Shown in pieces: positions 49,400-63,130 of a DNA stretch of 64,000 bases (positions are counted from its first letter, which is position 1; each line of letters starts with the position of its first letter). Source of the stretch: Eledone cirrhosa. Its lineage: Eukaryota. The position numbers were made by a program, and so were the translations under genes. The notes under the pieces were generated by a model. It searched no databases and was not told the origin of the DNA. It worked only from the letters and a program-made list of their open reading frames with translations. The stretch is from the NCBI GenBank assembly GCA_964016885.1, contig OZ024740.1, positions 238,142,001-238,206,000 of the forward strand. Direction: 5' to 3'.

Positions 49400-50040
49400 T
49401 CTGAAAATTAGTATGAAGGAACACTAGCATCAGCAAAAGAATTAGCTACAGAATTAGATGAAGAGCCAATTTTAAAATCTAAAAGGATATGTTGGGGTGG
49501 GTAGGTTCAATATGAGTTATCTAATGAGGTTTCAAATACAGTTTGACCCAGAAAGAAGAAAAATATCTTTTATCAAAATATTTGAACAGTTATAAAGTTT
49601 CAATAACACATGGTATTAAGTAACATAAAAGCTTTGCTAGTTAACAATAAACTGAGATTATGACATCAAGATTTGAAGGATAAGGTACTTAGAAAATAGT
49701 GATATTAACGGATGTAATTTCTTGACTGAACTGGATACTGTACAAGAATTATTTCCTGGACATGTCAAGCTTCCTATAGAAACCATTTGATTCATCAATA
49801 GTAGCAAGTTACAGGATGTCATGTCAAATCTATGGGATACATTAAGGATAATGTTTATAATATCTATAACTGTGATCACAGGAGACAAGCTTTAATAAAC
49901 TACAGCTTATAATGACATATTTATAGTCATCCATGACATAGGTTGGTCAGTAGGAAATGATATTGAAATGATATTGAAAGATAGATATAGAAAGAGCTAT
50001 GAAAACATTTGAAGGTATAAAGTCAAGAAAAAATGTTTTA
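49400..50040 (+). pseudogene. Degenerate hAT transposase C-terminus
   Basis: AKELATEL..., NLWDTLRIMFIISITV, SFNKLQLIMTYL*SSMT resembling the hATC dimerisation domain. Confidence 0.6.
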
Positions 50041-50177
50041 TTCGGGATAATGTATGTTTTTCAGCATTTAGTTTTGTTCATATTCTTTAATTTATCAGAA
50101 AATTCATTACATCTACAAGGGACCAACAGCACACTTTAGACTTTCTCACACTCACTCATATTGGCAGTAATGTAGAT

Positions 50178-50247
<70 letters not shown>

Positions 50248-50559
50248 TCTCTATCGGTAGTGAATGAATGTGAGACATCTTCTTGATGATGTAATTATGC
50301 CTAATTCCATATTTGTGCATATATATATATATCTACAAATATATATACAAGTAAATATGCATTTATATTTAAATGTATGTGTATATGTATATATATAAAG
50401 ATAGGCGGTGAATAGGCAGAGTCGTTAAGATGTCGGATAGAATGCTTTACGGTATTCGTCCCACCTCATTGCTCTGAGTTCAAATCCCACCGGGGTCAAC
50501 TTTACCTTTTATCAGTTTGTATAAGGCACCTACAACCCTAGGGCCATCTCTGTGTATGT

Positions 50560-51400
50560 ATGTAAGAATGTATCTACCACATACCACAAGATGTTTAGTC
50601 TAGCATTCTAATAATTCTGGATAAGTCTATCATTCGTACCATACGGGATCATACATACATACCATACCTACAAGTATGTTTCCCCTGAAACTCCAGGGTC
50701 TCCAGGGAGGTAGAATCTATATCCTGTATCATTATCATCCAAACTGTCAAAGATTCTATCAAATGTGTGGTATTGTCACTCATTTGAACTTTGTATTTTA
50801 ATGTTAGCCTCAGCTATACAAGGGTCTGCTGAAAAGTCCATAACCTGACCAAGATACTCTCATGGAATGACCAAATTAGATTTATTTTTCAACATACTCC
50901 CTGAAAAGAAACAATGCAATTAGAAGAGCTGAAATTAAGGCATGCAAGATTTCACAGCTCTAGCATCACTCCTTCATAGTCAGCCTATTAACTTTTCAGC
51001 CAACCCTCATTTTCTTCACTTTATTGATGTCATTAAATATTGTGCACACATTCAGGTAATTCTAAGTCATGACAACATAGATTTGCTGAATATCATAAAG
51101 TTCACCATTATAAACTTCTTTTGTGTTGCTGTCCATTATGAAACCCTGTATAAAATGATGTTCAAACTGCTGGAATAGCAACAGAGTATCACTAAGTCTA
51201 TTTGGAACATAATGGCAAACAATTCTTCTCAGTTTCTGAAACATTCTCACTTCTATTGCCTCTAAATATACATTACACACATCTTTCACCATTATTTATG
51301 TGAAATTTCTGCTTCAGCTGCTGGTTTGCAAGTGTTGTAAATAACACCATCGTTATTGTAAATATTTTCAAGTTTTCAAAGCTTGTAGCACATTTTACAT
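50560..51400 (-). pseudogene. Degenerate Helitron Rep/helicase fragment
   Basis: DGVIYNTCKPAAEA, LEAIEVRMFQKLR/LFAIM, and FYLPGDPGVSGETYL resembling Pif1 motif I. Confidence 0.6.
50819..51009. mobile_element. Tc1/mariner MITE remnant
   Basis: ta|caagggtctgctgaaaagt ... acttttcagccaaccctca imperfect TIRs. Confidence 0.65.
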
Positions 51401-51415
51401 ACCATAATAGTAATG

Positions 51416-51633
51416 ATTTCTACTTTAGGTACAAGGCCAGTAATTTTGCAGAGAGAGGGGAAAGCTGATTAAATTGAGCCCAGTACTTGATTAGTACTTT
51501 ATTTTATTGACCTCAGGAGAATGAAAGTCAAAGTTAACCTTGACAGGATTTTAACTTATAACATAAAGGGCTATATCCAAATACTATGAAGCATTTTGTC
51601 TGGTGCTCTACCAATTCTGTCATTCCACTGCCC
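51416..51633 (-). mobile_element. SINE family A, diverged
   Basis: Aligns with 2241-2434; other diverged copies near 14820(+), 34125(+), 50402(+), 63210(-). Confidence 0.75.
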
Positions 51634-51641
51634 TTACATGC

Positions 51642-51682
<41 letters not shown>

Positions 51683-52629
51683 GGGAAGAAGACGCACATG
51701 GTGGATAGAAGGTCGTGAAATCGCTCCCGTAAGTTTTGATTTTTTAACATATTTAAATCAATTGTGAAATAACAATTCTTAGTACAAATGATACATAAAA
51801 TATCCGGCTTGAGTCCCAAAAAATTTCGGATCCATAATATATTGTTATATCGCTCAAATATTCAATTTTGTATTATACATTTTATATTCAAAAAAAGAAA
51901 ATGGTTATAAATGGAAGAAAACCCCTCTGTCTACACTATATAGAACAGCCAAATAACAGCAATTTCACCAACATCAGAAACTAGATACATCACCTACCCC
52001 ATCACCCCTCTGTGTACACTAAACACAACAGCCAGATAACGGCAATTTCACCACCACCACCACCAATCTCAGCATAATAATAATAATTACTATTATTATT
52101 GCCTCAAGTTTTAGTTTTAACAAAATGTTTAATTCCAATATTAAGAAAATATGTCAACACATATACGCGACTAACGATAATTTCACTAAAGATAATTTCA
52201 CCACCAACACCACCACCACTACCACGATGAAAACTCTGGTCAAGTCGACTCAAATTTCTACTCCAACTTCAACACCATCACTACAGTAATACGACCACAT
52301 CACCACCACTGCCTCATTATCACTACCGCCGCTATTCTCTCCCGCTAGCCCCTGCTACATTGTAGAATTCTCACTAAAAGAGGAAGGCATCAAAATATAT
52401 AAATAGACTGAATTGATGACCCGGTCAAATCAAAAATACAAAAATCAAAATCAAAGCAGCACAGCAACAACGAAAAACGTAAAGAAAATAAGAATGAAGA
52501 GAAAAACAAACAGACGGACAGAGAAGGGAAGGGAAAAACTAAGTCAGACATCCAAACACTACATTAGAATGAAACTTATGCTTATTCATTTTGGGGGTTT
52601 TTTCTGCCTGTTTGTTTGTTTATTTGTGT

Positions 52630-55600
52630 TCGTCTACAGCGTGATAATGCCACACAAAAGTCACGTGGAGTGACGAAACCACCGGAGACGATGAATTCAC
52701 CGGTGGTTATGTAACCATACATTCACCAATCCTCGATAAGAGTGTTTAAATGTCGAACCTAAACAGTTCGATTAACGGTGAAATAGAGACTAGAATGTCA
52801 TGTGACAGACTCTCACCCAACAGGTGCTCCCTGGCTCAGCAGCAGGGACCTGGCTGTCAACCAAATACTGCTGGTGTCGGAGGAAGAAGAAGAAGGAAAG
52901 GGACCAGAACCAACTGGACGAAAGAATTGAATAGAACTGTTATGCAATGTTACCTGAAGAGTAACCCCAAGGAGAAAGGCTATAGGAAACGGATGCATAA
53001 CATCTGGAACGAGATTGGTCTATTTAAATTAGATGAACAAAAATTGGCCGGGCAGGCTCGGGTAATAAGAACTAATGGGTGGATAAGCGAGCTGGAACTG
53101 GAGGAACTGAGCAGAGAGATTAGCTTGGAGATGGAGAGTGGAGGATGCCAGGCAAACGAGCCAGTGGGAAATGAAGGTGAAGAGGTCGAGAGAACGGAGG
53201 AACCACCCGCAGCAGACAATGATCTGAATGCTGAGATAAATAGTACCTGGAACAGAGATACGGCCACTGAGGAGATGAATGCTGACGACAGGCTAGGACA
53301 AGATTTGGTTGATATCCTAAACTTAGTGGTAGATGAATTGAACAATGATACTGGGAGACCTATGAACCTAAGATTTGTAGACAGGAAAAAGTTAAAAGAA
53401 ACAACAGCTAAGGTAAACAAAGTCATCCCATACCTTGAGGCGAGGAGCCTTCACCAGTGCAACAATATCCTCAAAGCAACAGCAAATACGGTGAGGAAAC
53501 TACTTGGTATAAAAGCGAGAGGAAACAACAGACAAGAAAGAGCAGAGCCTTGGTGGAAGAAACGACTGAGTGGTCAAATCAGGGAAATGAGAAATGACAT
53601 TGGAAAGCTTGAGTCCCTACTGAATGGGACACTAAAAAACATAGACACTAAAAATAGACTGGAAATAAAGTACAAAACTAGGAGAAAAAAGCTAAATATT
53701 ATCATAGAGGAACTGAAGCAACGCATTGTAGCAAAGAGTGCAAAAATCAGACGATACGAGAACAGAGTCAGTCAGTATAGACAGAACCGCATGTTCGACA
53801 ACAACCAGAAGATGTTTGGACAGCTTGAAGGGAAAGAAAGAGGCAACGACTTGATCCCTGAGGCGGAACAAACTAAAACATTCTGGAGAGGAATATGGGA
53901 GCAGGATGTTAAACATAATGACCAGGCAGTGTGGATTGAGACAGTACAGAAGGAGATCAGTGAACAGGCACACCAACAAACTGATTTGAGTATCACAGTT
54001 GAAACTCTTAAGGGGCAGGCCAAAAAACTAACCAACTGGAAATCACCAGGCCCAGATGGTGTGCAGGGGTATTGGATTAAAAATATAACATCCCTCCACC
54101 CGAAACTGACAACCATGTTCAATGACTGCTTGATGTCAGGTGAGGTACCAGAGTGGTTGACAAAAGGTACCACAGTTCTGATAATGAAAGACCGAATCAA
54201 GGGTAATGATGTTACCAACTATAGACCTATCACATGTCTGTCCGTAATGTGGAAACTGTTGACAATCATTATGTCTGAGGAAATCTACCATCACCTCCAC
54301 ACAAACAACTTGTTACCGGATGAACAGAAAGGATGCCGAAAGAAGTCACGTGGTACAAAGGACCAGTTACTTATTGATAAGATGGTAATGAGGAATTGCA
54401 AGAGGAGACACACTGGTCTTGCCATGGGATGGATAGACTACAAAAAGGCATTTGACATGGTGCTTCATTCTTGGATCACCAAAAGCCTGGAGATCTTCAA
54501 GGTGGCAGATAACATCAGACAGTTGTTGGGCAAAAGTATGAAGTCCTGGGAAACAGAGTTAACATCAACTGGAGAATCCTTGGGAAGCGTGAAGATCAAG
54601 AGAGGTATCTTCCAGGGAGATAGTCTGTCCCCTCTGTTGTTTGTCCTTGCCCTGATGCTCCTGACCAGTGTACTGCGAAAAGTGAGAGCAGGATACAGGT
54701 TGGGAAAGGGAAGGCTTACCATCAATCACCTCCTCTTCATGGACGATCTTAAGCTCTTCGGGAAGAGTGAGAAGGAGTTGGATGTGCTTGTTGACACTGT
54801 CCGTATTTTCAGCAATGATATACGTATGCAATTTGGTATTAGTAAGTGTGGAGTCATTGTGATGAGGAGGGGTAAGTTGAGCAGAAGTAACGGAATCCAG
54901 ATACCAACAGGTGAGATGATAAAGGAAATTGACTCTGAGGAAGGATACAAGTATTTGGGCGCTGATGACATCAAGAACAAAAAAATGAAGGAATTGATAA
55001 GAACTGAATACCTTCGGAGAGTAAGGAGCGTATTAAAGTCACATCTGAACAGTAGGAATGCCATAAGTGCAGTAAATTCCACAAGAGGAGTGATGTCGAT
55101 AGACTCTACTTAAGGAGATCTGAGGGTGGAAGAGGTCTTATCAGCATAGAGGACTGTGTTCAGATGGAGAAAAACAACCTACACAAATACGTGACTGATA
55201 GTAAGGAGCCAATGCTCAGAACTGTACTGAAGGAGGGGACAATAGGCCAGGGGATGTCCAAGGAGGAAATAACATCAAGGAGAAAGAGCAGCCTTCAGGA
55301 AAAATCCCTTCAAAGTACCTTCTTTGAGAGAACTGAATTTAGAGATCTACAGAAGGAATGTTAATGGCTGCGCAGGAGCAGGCCCTCAAAACGAAGTGGT
55401 TGAAACACCACATTTACAAGGAGGAGCCTAGCCCACTGTGCAGGATCTGTGGAGAGAGAGAGGAGACTGTGGCTCACATTGTATCCGAGTGTAAACACCT
55501 AGCCCAGACTCACTATAAGGGCTGGAGACATGATGTGATGGGCAGGGTGATCCACTGGCACCTATGCAAAGTAAACAATTTACCACATTCTGAGAAGTGG

Positions 55601-56137
55601 TATGAGCATAAGCCAGAGGCGGTGATAGAAAACGATCAGGTGAAGGTGCTGTGGGATTTTAGGATACAGACGGACAAGAAACTGGAACACAATAGACCTG
55701 ACCTGGTGGTTTTGGACAAAGAAAAATGATCGTGCCTGATTGTGGGTGTGGCCTGCCCATTCGACACGAGAGTGCAAGAGAAGGAGAGGGAGAAAATTAA
55801 CCGATACCAGGACTTAAAGTGGGAGGTAAAAAAGGATTTGGAACTGCCATGAAGTCAAAGTGGTCCCGATTGTCATAGGCGCACTAGGGACTATCTCAAA
55901 AAGTTTCCAGGGATGGTTAAAGAAAATTGGCCCCTTCACGCTTTTTGGAACGCTTCAAAAGGCATGCTTGCTGGGAACAGCAAGAACCCTCCGATACGTC
56001 CTGAATATCTGAGGCTGCAGGTAGTGGCTTGATATTCATTTCAACAAACTTTCCAGTTAACTAACATCAATGACTGAGACTCAAAGAGTAATAACAATAA
56101 TAATAATAATAATTATAATAATAATAACAATAATAAT
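52630..56137 (+). mobile_element. R4/Dong-clade non-LTR retrotransposon, near full length, (TAA)n tail
   Basis: Single long ORF with RT, then CCHC and RLE; ends in (AAT)n 56089-56137. Confidence 0.94.
52750..56012 (+). pseudogene. R4/Dong polyprotein (RT, CCHC, PD-(D/E)xK endonuclease), broken after about 55080
   Basis: KSPGPDG, YRPITCL, IDYKKAFD, GIFQGDSLSP, FMDD, YKYLG; AAQEQAL, CRIC...HIVSEC, RHD, NRPDLV, EKINRYQDL. Confidence 0.93.
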
Positions 56138-56401
56138 GGTTTCTTTATTGGCCACAAGGGCTAACACAAAGAAAAACATTAGAGACGGCACAGAACAGTA
56201 CAGGACGATACAAAGTGGGTTTTGGTCGTGTAAACAGGTTATAACAAAATTGGGCTAGAAATCAAAAAAATTCAAACAACAAAGATTCCACAAAAAGGGG
56301 GAAACCTCCAAGGGTCACTCGTGGTGAAAACCACACAAAAAGGCCACGGCCACCCTGACTACCAGGGCAAGCGCCCCCTCTCAGTTTTCCCACTCCTCAG
56401 T

Positions 56402-59400
56402 CTACAGGCGCATACTCAGAGTGGGCCCATTCACTCGGACCAGACTCACCACTTTCACCCACCATTCAACAAACTTACTAGAAGACAGCACTTGCCTCTC
56501 CACCCTGATTTTCCTCTTCAAGTGAAACTTGAAAAAGTTAATCAGGGATTGGGCGAAGAGGAAAGTGTCCGTCTTCAACCCTTTCAACCTTGTCCACCAC
56601 ACAATCTCTTTCGCCATGGCTACCAGGCAGATGAAAACTGCCTGCCCTTCCTCCTCTTTAAAGGAGGATGGCGGGGCTATCTGCACAATGGACTCCATCG
56701 ATAACCGGATCCATCCTACACGCGGCAGCAGCTGTATGACATAGCTCCACAAGTCAGCAATCCTCGGGCACTGAACGAGTGCATGCAGGATGGTATCGTC
56801 GCCCTGCGCGCATCTTGGACAGGCTCGGCTGACAGCACCTCCGTGCCTGTAGAGCTTATCCCAAACCGGCAACGCTCCCCGGTAGCACTGCCAGGCCAGG
56901 AATTTCTGGAAGTTGTCCATAGGCCCCGGTCTGAAAGTTCTCTTGAAGTGAGCAAACAGCTGATTGTCTTCAACGCCCAGGGTCTCCCCAAGAATGTTGT
57001 CGCTCTTTCCTTCCACTAGCCCTCTATAGAACGCCGAGGTGGATGTACCACCGATACTAGTGCCCAGTTGGTAGAGGGCGGTGAGTGTTTGGAGACATTC
57101 CAGCTTCCAAGCACTATCCCTCGGTCTTTTCCTGATCCAGGACTGCAGCTCCGTCAAGGAGACGAGCTGGGGAAAAGTGCATCTGACAAACGGCGACCAC
57201 ACCTGTTCACCGTCAAGGAAGCGCCAGAGATGTCGCATCCTCAGCGCATGTTTGCGCATCATCAGCCACGGCATGCCTAGTCCTCCACGCAACGGGTGTT
57301 GACAGCAAATGGATCATCTGACCATCGGAGCACATCCCTTCCACAAAAAGCGGAAGAGAAGGCACTCCATTTTGGTCAGAGTTGGGCGGGGGCAAGGTAC
57401 GATGGTCAGGCGGTAGCAGATGACGGACGCTATGTACATATTCGCCACCTCCGCCCGACCTTTCAGAGATAGCCTCCTCTCGGCCCATTTCTGGGTGAGA
57501 GAGGCCACCCTGCTCATCACCTCGCTCCAGTTTTTCTCCATCTGGAGGTCCGGACCGAACCAGACCCCGAGCAATTTAACCGGTCCTTCCATCCAGCGCC
57601 CCACGACGCTTTCGCACGGCATGGGCTTGCCTCTCCAGGTGCCGAGCTGCAAGCCCACCGACTTTTCCTGGTTTATCTTTGCTCCTGTCACCGCTTCGTA
57701 TTCCTTGAGAACGGTGCCGAGCATCTGGACGTGTTTGGTGTTCGATTTGTGCAGTAATGGCTTGAGGACCAGTACGTACAAGAGGGATGAGAGGGGGCAA
57801 CCCTGTCGGACCGAGCACATGATGCTGAAAGGCTACAACAGGTGATCATTCACCCTCACAATTGAGCAGATGTCGTTGTGCATCGCAGCAATCCAGCACC
57901 TAAAAATGGGCTCAAAGCCGGCCGCCTAGAGGACCGCAGCCAGGTACCAATGGTCGACCCTATCAAATGCTTTAGATTGATCGAAGTTGATTCGAAGTTG
58001 ATCAGGGCCCCACCCGTGCCAGGTTCCTTAACCCCCCTCTCTATGATGTATCACATGAGATGGAGGTTGTCGTGGATGGATCTATCCGGAATGGTGCATG
58101 TCTGCACCTCTTCCACCAGATCACTGATGACAAGCGCCAATCTCTTTGCTAACATCTTGGCCAAAATCTTAAACTCTGCAATTAACAGTTATGGGCCTGA
58201 AGTTGTCTATAACGTCCCCCTTGTTCGGGTCTTTTCTCAGCAGCGCCACCGTTCCCCGGCTCACAAAACTGGGAATGCTCCCGTTCTGCTGCCAGTTGCA
58301 GTAGACATCTGCCAAGAGGTCACCGAACAAGTGTAACATATACACATAAAGCTCGTAGGGCAGACCATCCAAACCTGGCGATTTACCCCTCGTGCAGTCA
58401 GACATCGCGCCCCATATTTCACCTGCTGTTATCGGCTTTTCGCAGCACTGCGCTGCAGTCGTCGAGAGCCGCGGCAGTCCGTCGAGGTATGCACTGAAGT
58501 CCATACTCCGATCCGGCCCACCGCTGCTCCCGAACAATTGAGCAAAGTGCTGTTGAAAAGCCGCACACATCTGCTCGGGTTCGAGCAACATGCGCCCGTT
58601 TTGATCTGGCAAAGACCAAATTGTGGACTTGTTGCCACGTCAAGCCTCCACCACCCGGGCTCATTGAATGGCTTTCGTCCCCTCATGTCTTAGAGCACGC
58701 GCTCTAGCTCTGACAACGCAGCGTTCATGCTTTGCATTGAAGAATTGGTTGAGTGCCAATCTCGTCGTAAGCACGTCGGTTGCGATGCCTATCCTAAACG
58801 CCTCTTCTAGCTTTCTGACTAACTCTCCCTCTACTCTAATTTCCTCTATCACTACTCCTTTGCTAAACCTTATCAATTCTACTCTAATAGCCCTTTTCAG
58901 GGTAAACCACCACCTGTTGTTGACGATCGCACCCGTCAACGGACGCTTAACTAATTCACTAATCCGGTCTCTGTAAGCGTTGCACGCCGGGAACGACGTG
59001 TTCAGCTTCCAGTAGCTGGGCATTTACCTATAGAGTCTATCTACCTATAGAGTCTATCTAAGTCAACTTCACAGATCACAAATTTGTGGTCCGTGTAGTC
59101 GACCACTTTAAATTGTGGACAACCTACACTAGCCTTATCTGTTTCCTTACAGAATACCCTATCTAAATACGATCTGGATGACCCGATGCAGTTTGCCCAT
59201 GTCCACATTGGCACATTCGGATAGTCCAGTCTATACCTGCCAGACAGTTCAAAACGTCTGAGCAGGTTGTTGAGGTTTTTACACCCTCCTGCCTTATTTA
59301 CTAGCCCCACATAATCCCAGCGTGCATCTAAGACACCGTTCCAGTCGCCCACTAACACTAAAGAGCGGGATGTTCCAAGAAAGGTCTCTAGACGTCTGAA

Positions 59401-59766
59401 GAAATCTGACCGTCCTGCCCCTGTTGGGGCGTAGACGGCTACTAGCCTGAAAGCATTGCCTTCGCTGCCGGTCACGTCCAGCACCACTGACTTACCTTCT
59501 GGGTCCAGGAAGATGGTCTGTATAACGAGATCCAAGCCTCTCCGAAAAAGCACGGCAACACCTCTCCCCAATCCTGGATGGCTGGGAGATGCGTATACAC
59601 CATAGCCACAGAAGATCGGTGCGAAGGCTCGTGCTTCGGAGATTCTGGTCTCACTGATGGCCACCACATCTATGTTTAGTGACCTGAGGTCGTTGAGCAG
59701 GTGACCCTGCTTCCAAGATGACCCCAGGCCACGTACATTTATACTGCCTATTCTAAGTACAGCCAT
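56402..59766 (-). pseudogene. Tx1-like ORF2, multiple frameshifts, catalytic DD motif region deleted
   Basis: SINVRG, AISET, GDWN, YLDR, TDH (APE); YWKLN; KSPGLDG, FRPIT, VRQGCPLS, KLLGV; CPRC...HALVQC. Confidence 0.92.
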
Positions 59767-59804
59767 GCTGGTTGGATGAGAAATGGGGTAAGTGAGAAAG
59801 ATCA

Positions 59805-61767
59805 CTTACCTTGATCGTGTGGTGAAGGGACAGTAGAACCGTCCCTTTGGCTCGTCATGGGTGTTTCCAAGAGGATGTCGGTGTATATCCTCTTGGTAAC
59901 CGACTCTCTGAAGTCTCCAACTGTGTTGTGGAATTTTTGTTTTAAAAATTTGAACTGTTCTATTTTGATTTCAATGATGTTTATGTTTGTCGGGAGAGTT
60001 CTTTGGGTTGGTGGGGTGTAGTAGTTTTTTTCTGTGATGTCTGTGTGCTGCTTTATATGTTGTAAGAGTTATTGATTTGCCATGGCTGTGTACTTTTTGG
60101 GGGGGAAGGGCGATTTTGTTGCTGTTTTCTTGTTGTTGCTGTTGGGTGTGTGTGTTTTGTTGTGTTTGTGATGTTGGTGTTTTTTGGTGATGCTGGTGGT
60201 GGTCTGGTTGTTGTTGGTGGTGATGCTTGTGGTGGTGATGGTGGTGGTGTTGCTGCAAGTCTCCTTGCAGCCTTTACCACTCTTTGTCTGCCTTCGTTTT
60301 TGGAGGGTGAAGCTAAGGGTTTTTTTCTTTTTTCTTTTTTTGGCAGACCGTTTGCCACTTCCCTCCCACCTCACACTCCATGTCGGGTCCCGCGGCGTCC
60401 GGGAGGGGCATGAGCTCCACTGCCGTTGGTGGTGGTAGTGGAGCCCGCTCCGGTGATTTTACCGCCGGTGTAGCTACTGCGACTGTTGGTGTTGCCGCCA
60501 CTGCTGCCGCTGCTTTAGTTGTACGTGGCCTTGGTATGGGTGCCACGGTGTTGCCCTCCTACTCACCATTAAGGGTCTTCTGCCTCTGTTGCCTGCCCTG
60601 GTCTTGGTAACAGCGGATCAGGCATCGGGCGGAGGGGGGGGGGCTCTTCTTGGCTGTCTTCTGTGAGCAGAAGGCCCTGAGGTGACCTTTCTGCCCACAG
60701 AGATATCACTTTGGGCGCCTTCTTTCCACGCTTATAGGGAGTTGGAGCCCTTCTTCAAGGTCTATGATATCTGGGATGGCCTCGATGTACTCCTGGTCAG
60801 TCTGTATTAGCATTTGCATGCCTATTCCTGACCAGTTCTCTCTTCCCATTCTCTGTATTCCAGCCAGTACAGATGCGACCAGCCAAGGTATGGGCACGTC
60901 GGGCGGGACCTGGGTCACTTTGACCCTCACAATTTTCTGCCCGCAGTAGGAGGACACCAAGACTATCTCCTCACTCTTTAGGGTTTCCAAAGAGTGAGAC
61001 TTCGCCTCTTGGGGGGTGGGGAAGTACGTCTACTGTGACGTACTTTATGCCTCGGATGTTGTAGGTTTTTCGCGCCCAGACGCACCCCAAGGCCTTTTGG
61101 ATTTGAGCCTCCTTGGTTCGCTCCACCCGATGTGACATTTTGCTTACGGTGCGGTAAGTCACCGTGCGCAGCTGCTGGTCTTTGAAGAAATCGGGTGGAG
61201 GTTTCAGGGAAACTCTGTTGTCGTTTCTCGACACCATGGCTCTTGCAACTGCCATCTCCTCCTCCGTGACTAGCACTGTTTCTATATTTCGGGCCACACC
61301 TGCGAAAGAAGTGGCCCCTTTTTCAGCGGCACCATTATTGCTGCTACTTCTGCTGCTACTGGTCTTGTTGTTGGTGCTGTTGCTGTTGCTACTGCTACAA
61401 ACGGTGTTGTTGGTGTTGTTGCTGTTATCACTGTTGTAGTTGGTTGTGTTTTGGTGCCACCGTTGTTGTTGTTTTCGGTGCAATTTGTATTGTTGCTGTT
61501 GGTGTTGTCGTTGTTTATTTTCTTGTTAGTGGTGTTAATATCGTTGTTGAATTTGTTGTCATTTTTTTCTGTTGTCTGTATTTTGGTTGACACTGTTATT
61601 ATTGTAGCTGGTGTGGTAATTTTTTCAAAGTTAGTGTTCTCAGTGTTGTCTTTGTTCACGTTGTTTGTGGTGGTGTCTGTTGTAACAATTTTTGTAACCC
61701 TCCTCTCAACTTTTACACCGTTTTCACATGACAGCAGACATATTGCTGGGGTGCGTGGCTCAGCCAT
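59805..61767 (-). pseudogene. Tx1-like ORF1 (low complexity, zinc knuckle)
   Basis: K*YLCGQKGHLRAFC at about 60665-60712 (CCHC with first Cys mutated to TGA); T/N-rich and A/T-rich tracts; frameshifts. Confidence 0.78.
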
Positions 61768-61972
61768 GTTTTTTTTTAAACAATTTTTTTTTTTTAAAGT
61801 AAAATGTTCAAATATTTGGGCCAAAAGGCCCAAATATTATACTTTCACCTTCACAGGGCAAAGTCTAAGGGCTTATATCCCTTACACAACAAGAAATATT
61901 TAACAACAAATAATTTTAACAGGCAAATAAAGGGACTTACTGGGAGCGAGCAAAAAGCGTCTGAACAGACCG

Positions 61973-62010
<38 letters not shown>

Positions 62011-62011
<1 letters not shown>

Positions 62012-63130
62012 TCTACATATCTTAGGGAAGCACATGATTGGATGATCAAACTCGTTGTGAAACATGAAAGCAACAAAAGATCATACCCCATTACAAAAGA
62101 TGCACATAGATGCAATAATGAACTACAAATTTCAGAAGTTCCCTTTACTGCTGAAATGAAAAACACAGAAAAAGTAAAGCTGGTAAAAGTAACTGCAAAG
62201 AAAAGAAAAGCCTCTGTATGGAAAATACCCAGAAAGAACTAACAATCCTGATGTTGACAAAACTTTAACCCATCAGTGGTTGGCATCCTCTGGACTTAAA
62301 TCTGAGACTGAAGGACTGATTATATCAGCACAAGATCAGTGTCTACCAACAAAAAATTATCAAGCCAACATAATAAAAAATGGATGCAGCCCATTATGCC
62401 GTGTATGTAAAAAACAACCAGAGACCATTGACCATATAATTTCAATGTGCAGTCCTATAGCTCCAACCGAATACCTAAACAGGCACAACAGAGCTGCACA
62501 ATACATACATTGGATAATGTGTAAGCATTTTGACCTGCCCTATCAAAAGAATTGGTGGGAGCATCAACCACCTCCTGTACTTGAAAAAAGTCACATCTCA
62601 ATTTTGTGGGACTTTAACATCCAAACAGACCGAAAAATAGATGCAAATAGACCTGATATAATACTGAAGGACTTTAAAAAGAGAGTATGTCTGCTAATTC
62701 ATATGACCATTCCTATAGACAAGAATGTATCTATAAAAACAATTGAAAAATTGAGCAAGAATAAAGACCTGGAGATAGAAATTGGAAAAATGTGGAAGTT
62801 GAGAACTAAAACAATACCAGTGGTTGTGGGCGCTCTGGGAATGATACCTAAGGGGTCTAATGATTACTTATCGCAAATCCCAGGAAGCCCACGTATAGGA
62901 GAAATACAAAAGATAGTACTAATGGGAACTGTCCATATACTAAGGAAGATTCTGTCAATATAAATACATCACAAGTGTAAACACCTGAAGATACATGTAT
63001 GTGTGTATGTGTTCTTTCTTGAACATGGTGGACCTTGTTGTCTCTTGAGGTCACTGGTTGTCACTTGGTGATAACTCGTATGAACATAAAGCAAGATAAT
63101 GAAAAAAAAAATAATGATAATAATAATAAC
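62011..63130 (+). mobile_element. R4/Dong 3' fragment (CCHC plus RLE), (TAA)n flanks
   Basis: ORF 62280-62963: ETEGLIISAQDQ, CRVC...HIISMC, RHN, NRPDII, EKLSK, VVVGALG. Confidence 0.9.

Larger units (their letters stand above)
56138..61972 (-). mobile_element. Full-length L1/Tx1-clade LINE inserted in (AAT)n
   Basis: ORF1 plus ORF2 (APE, RT, C-terminal Cys motif), (AAT)n on both flanks, 3' end aataaagaaaccattatt. Confidence 0.94.

Noticed and set aside
53692-55082. Antisense ORFs over LINE coding regions
   Set aside because: Shadow frames of the sense ORF.
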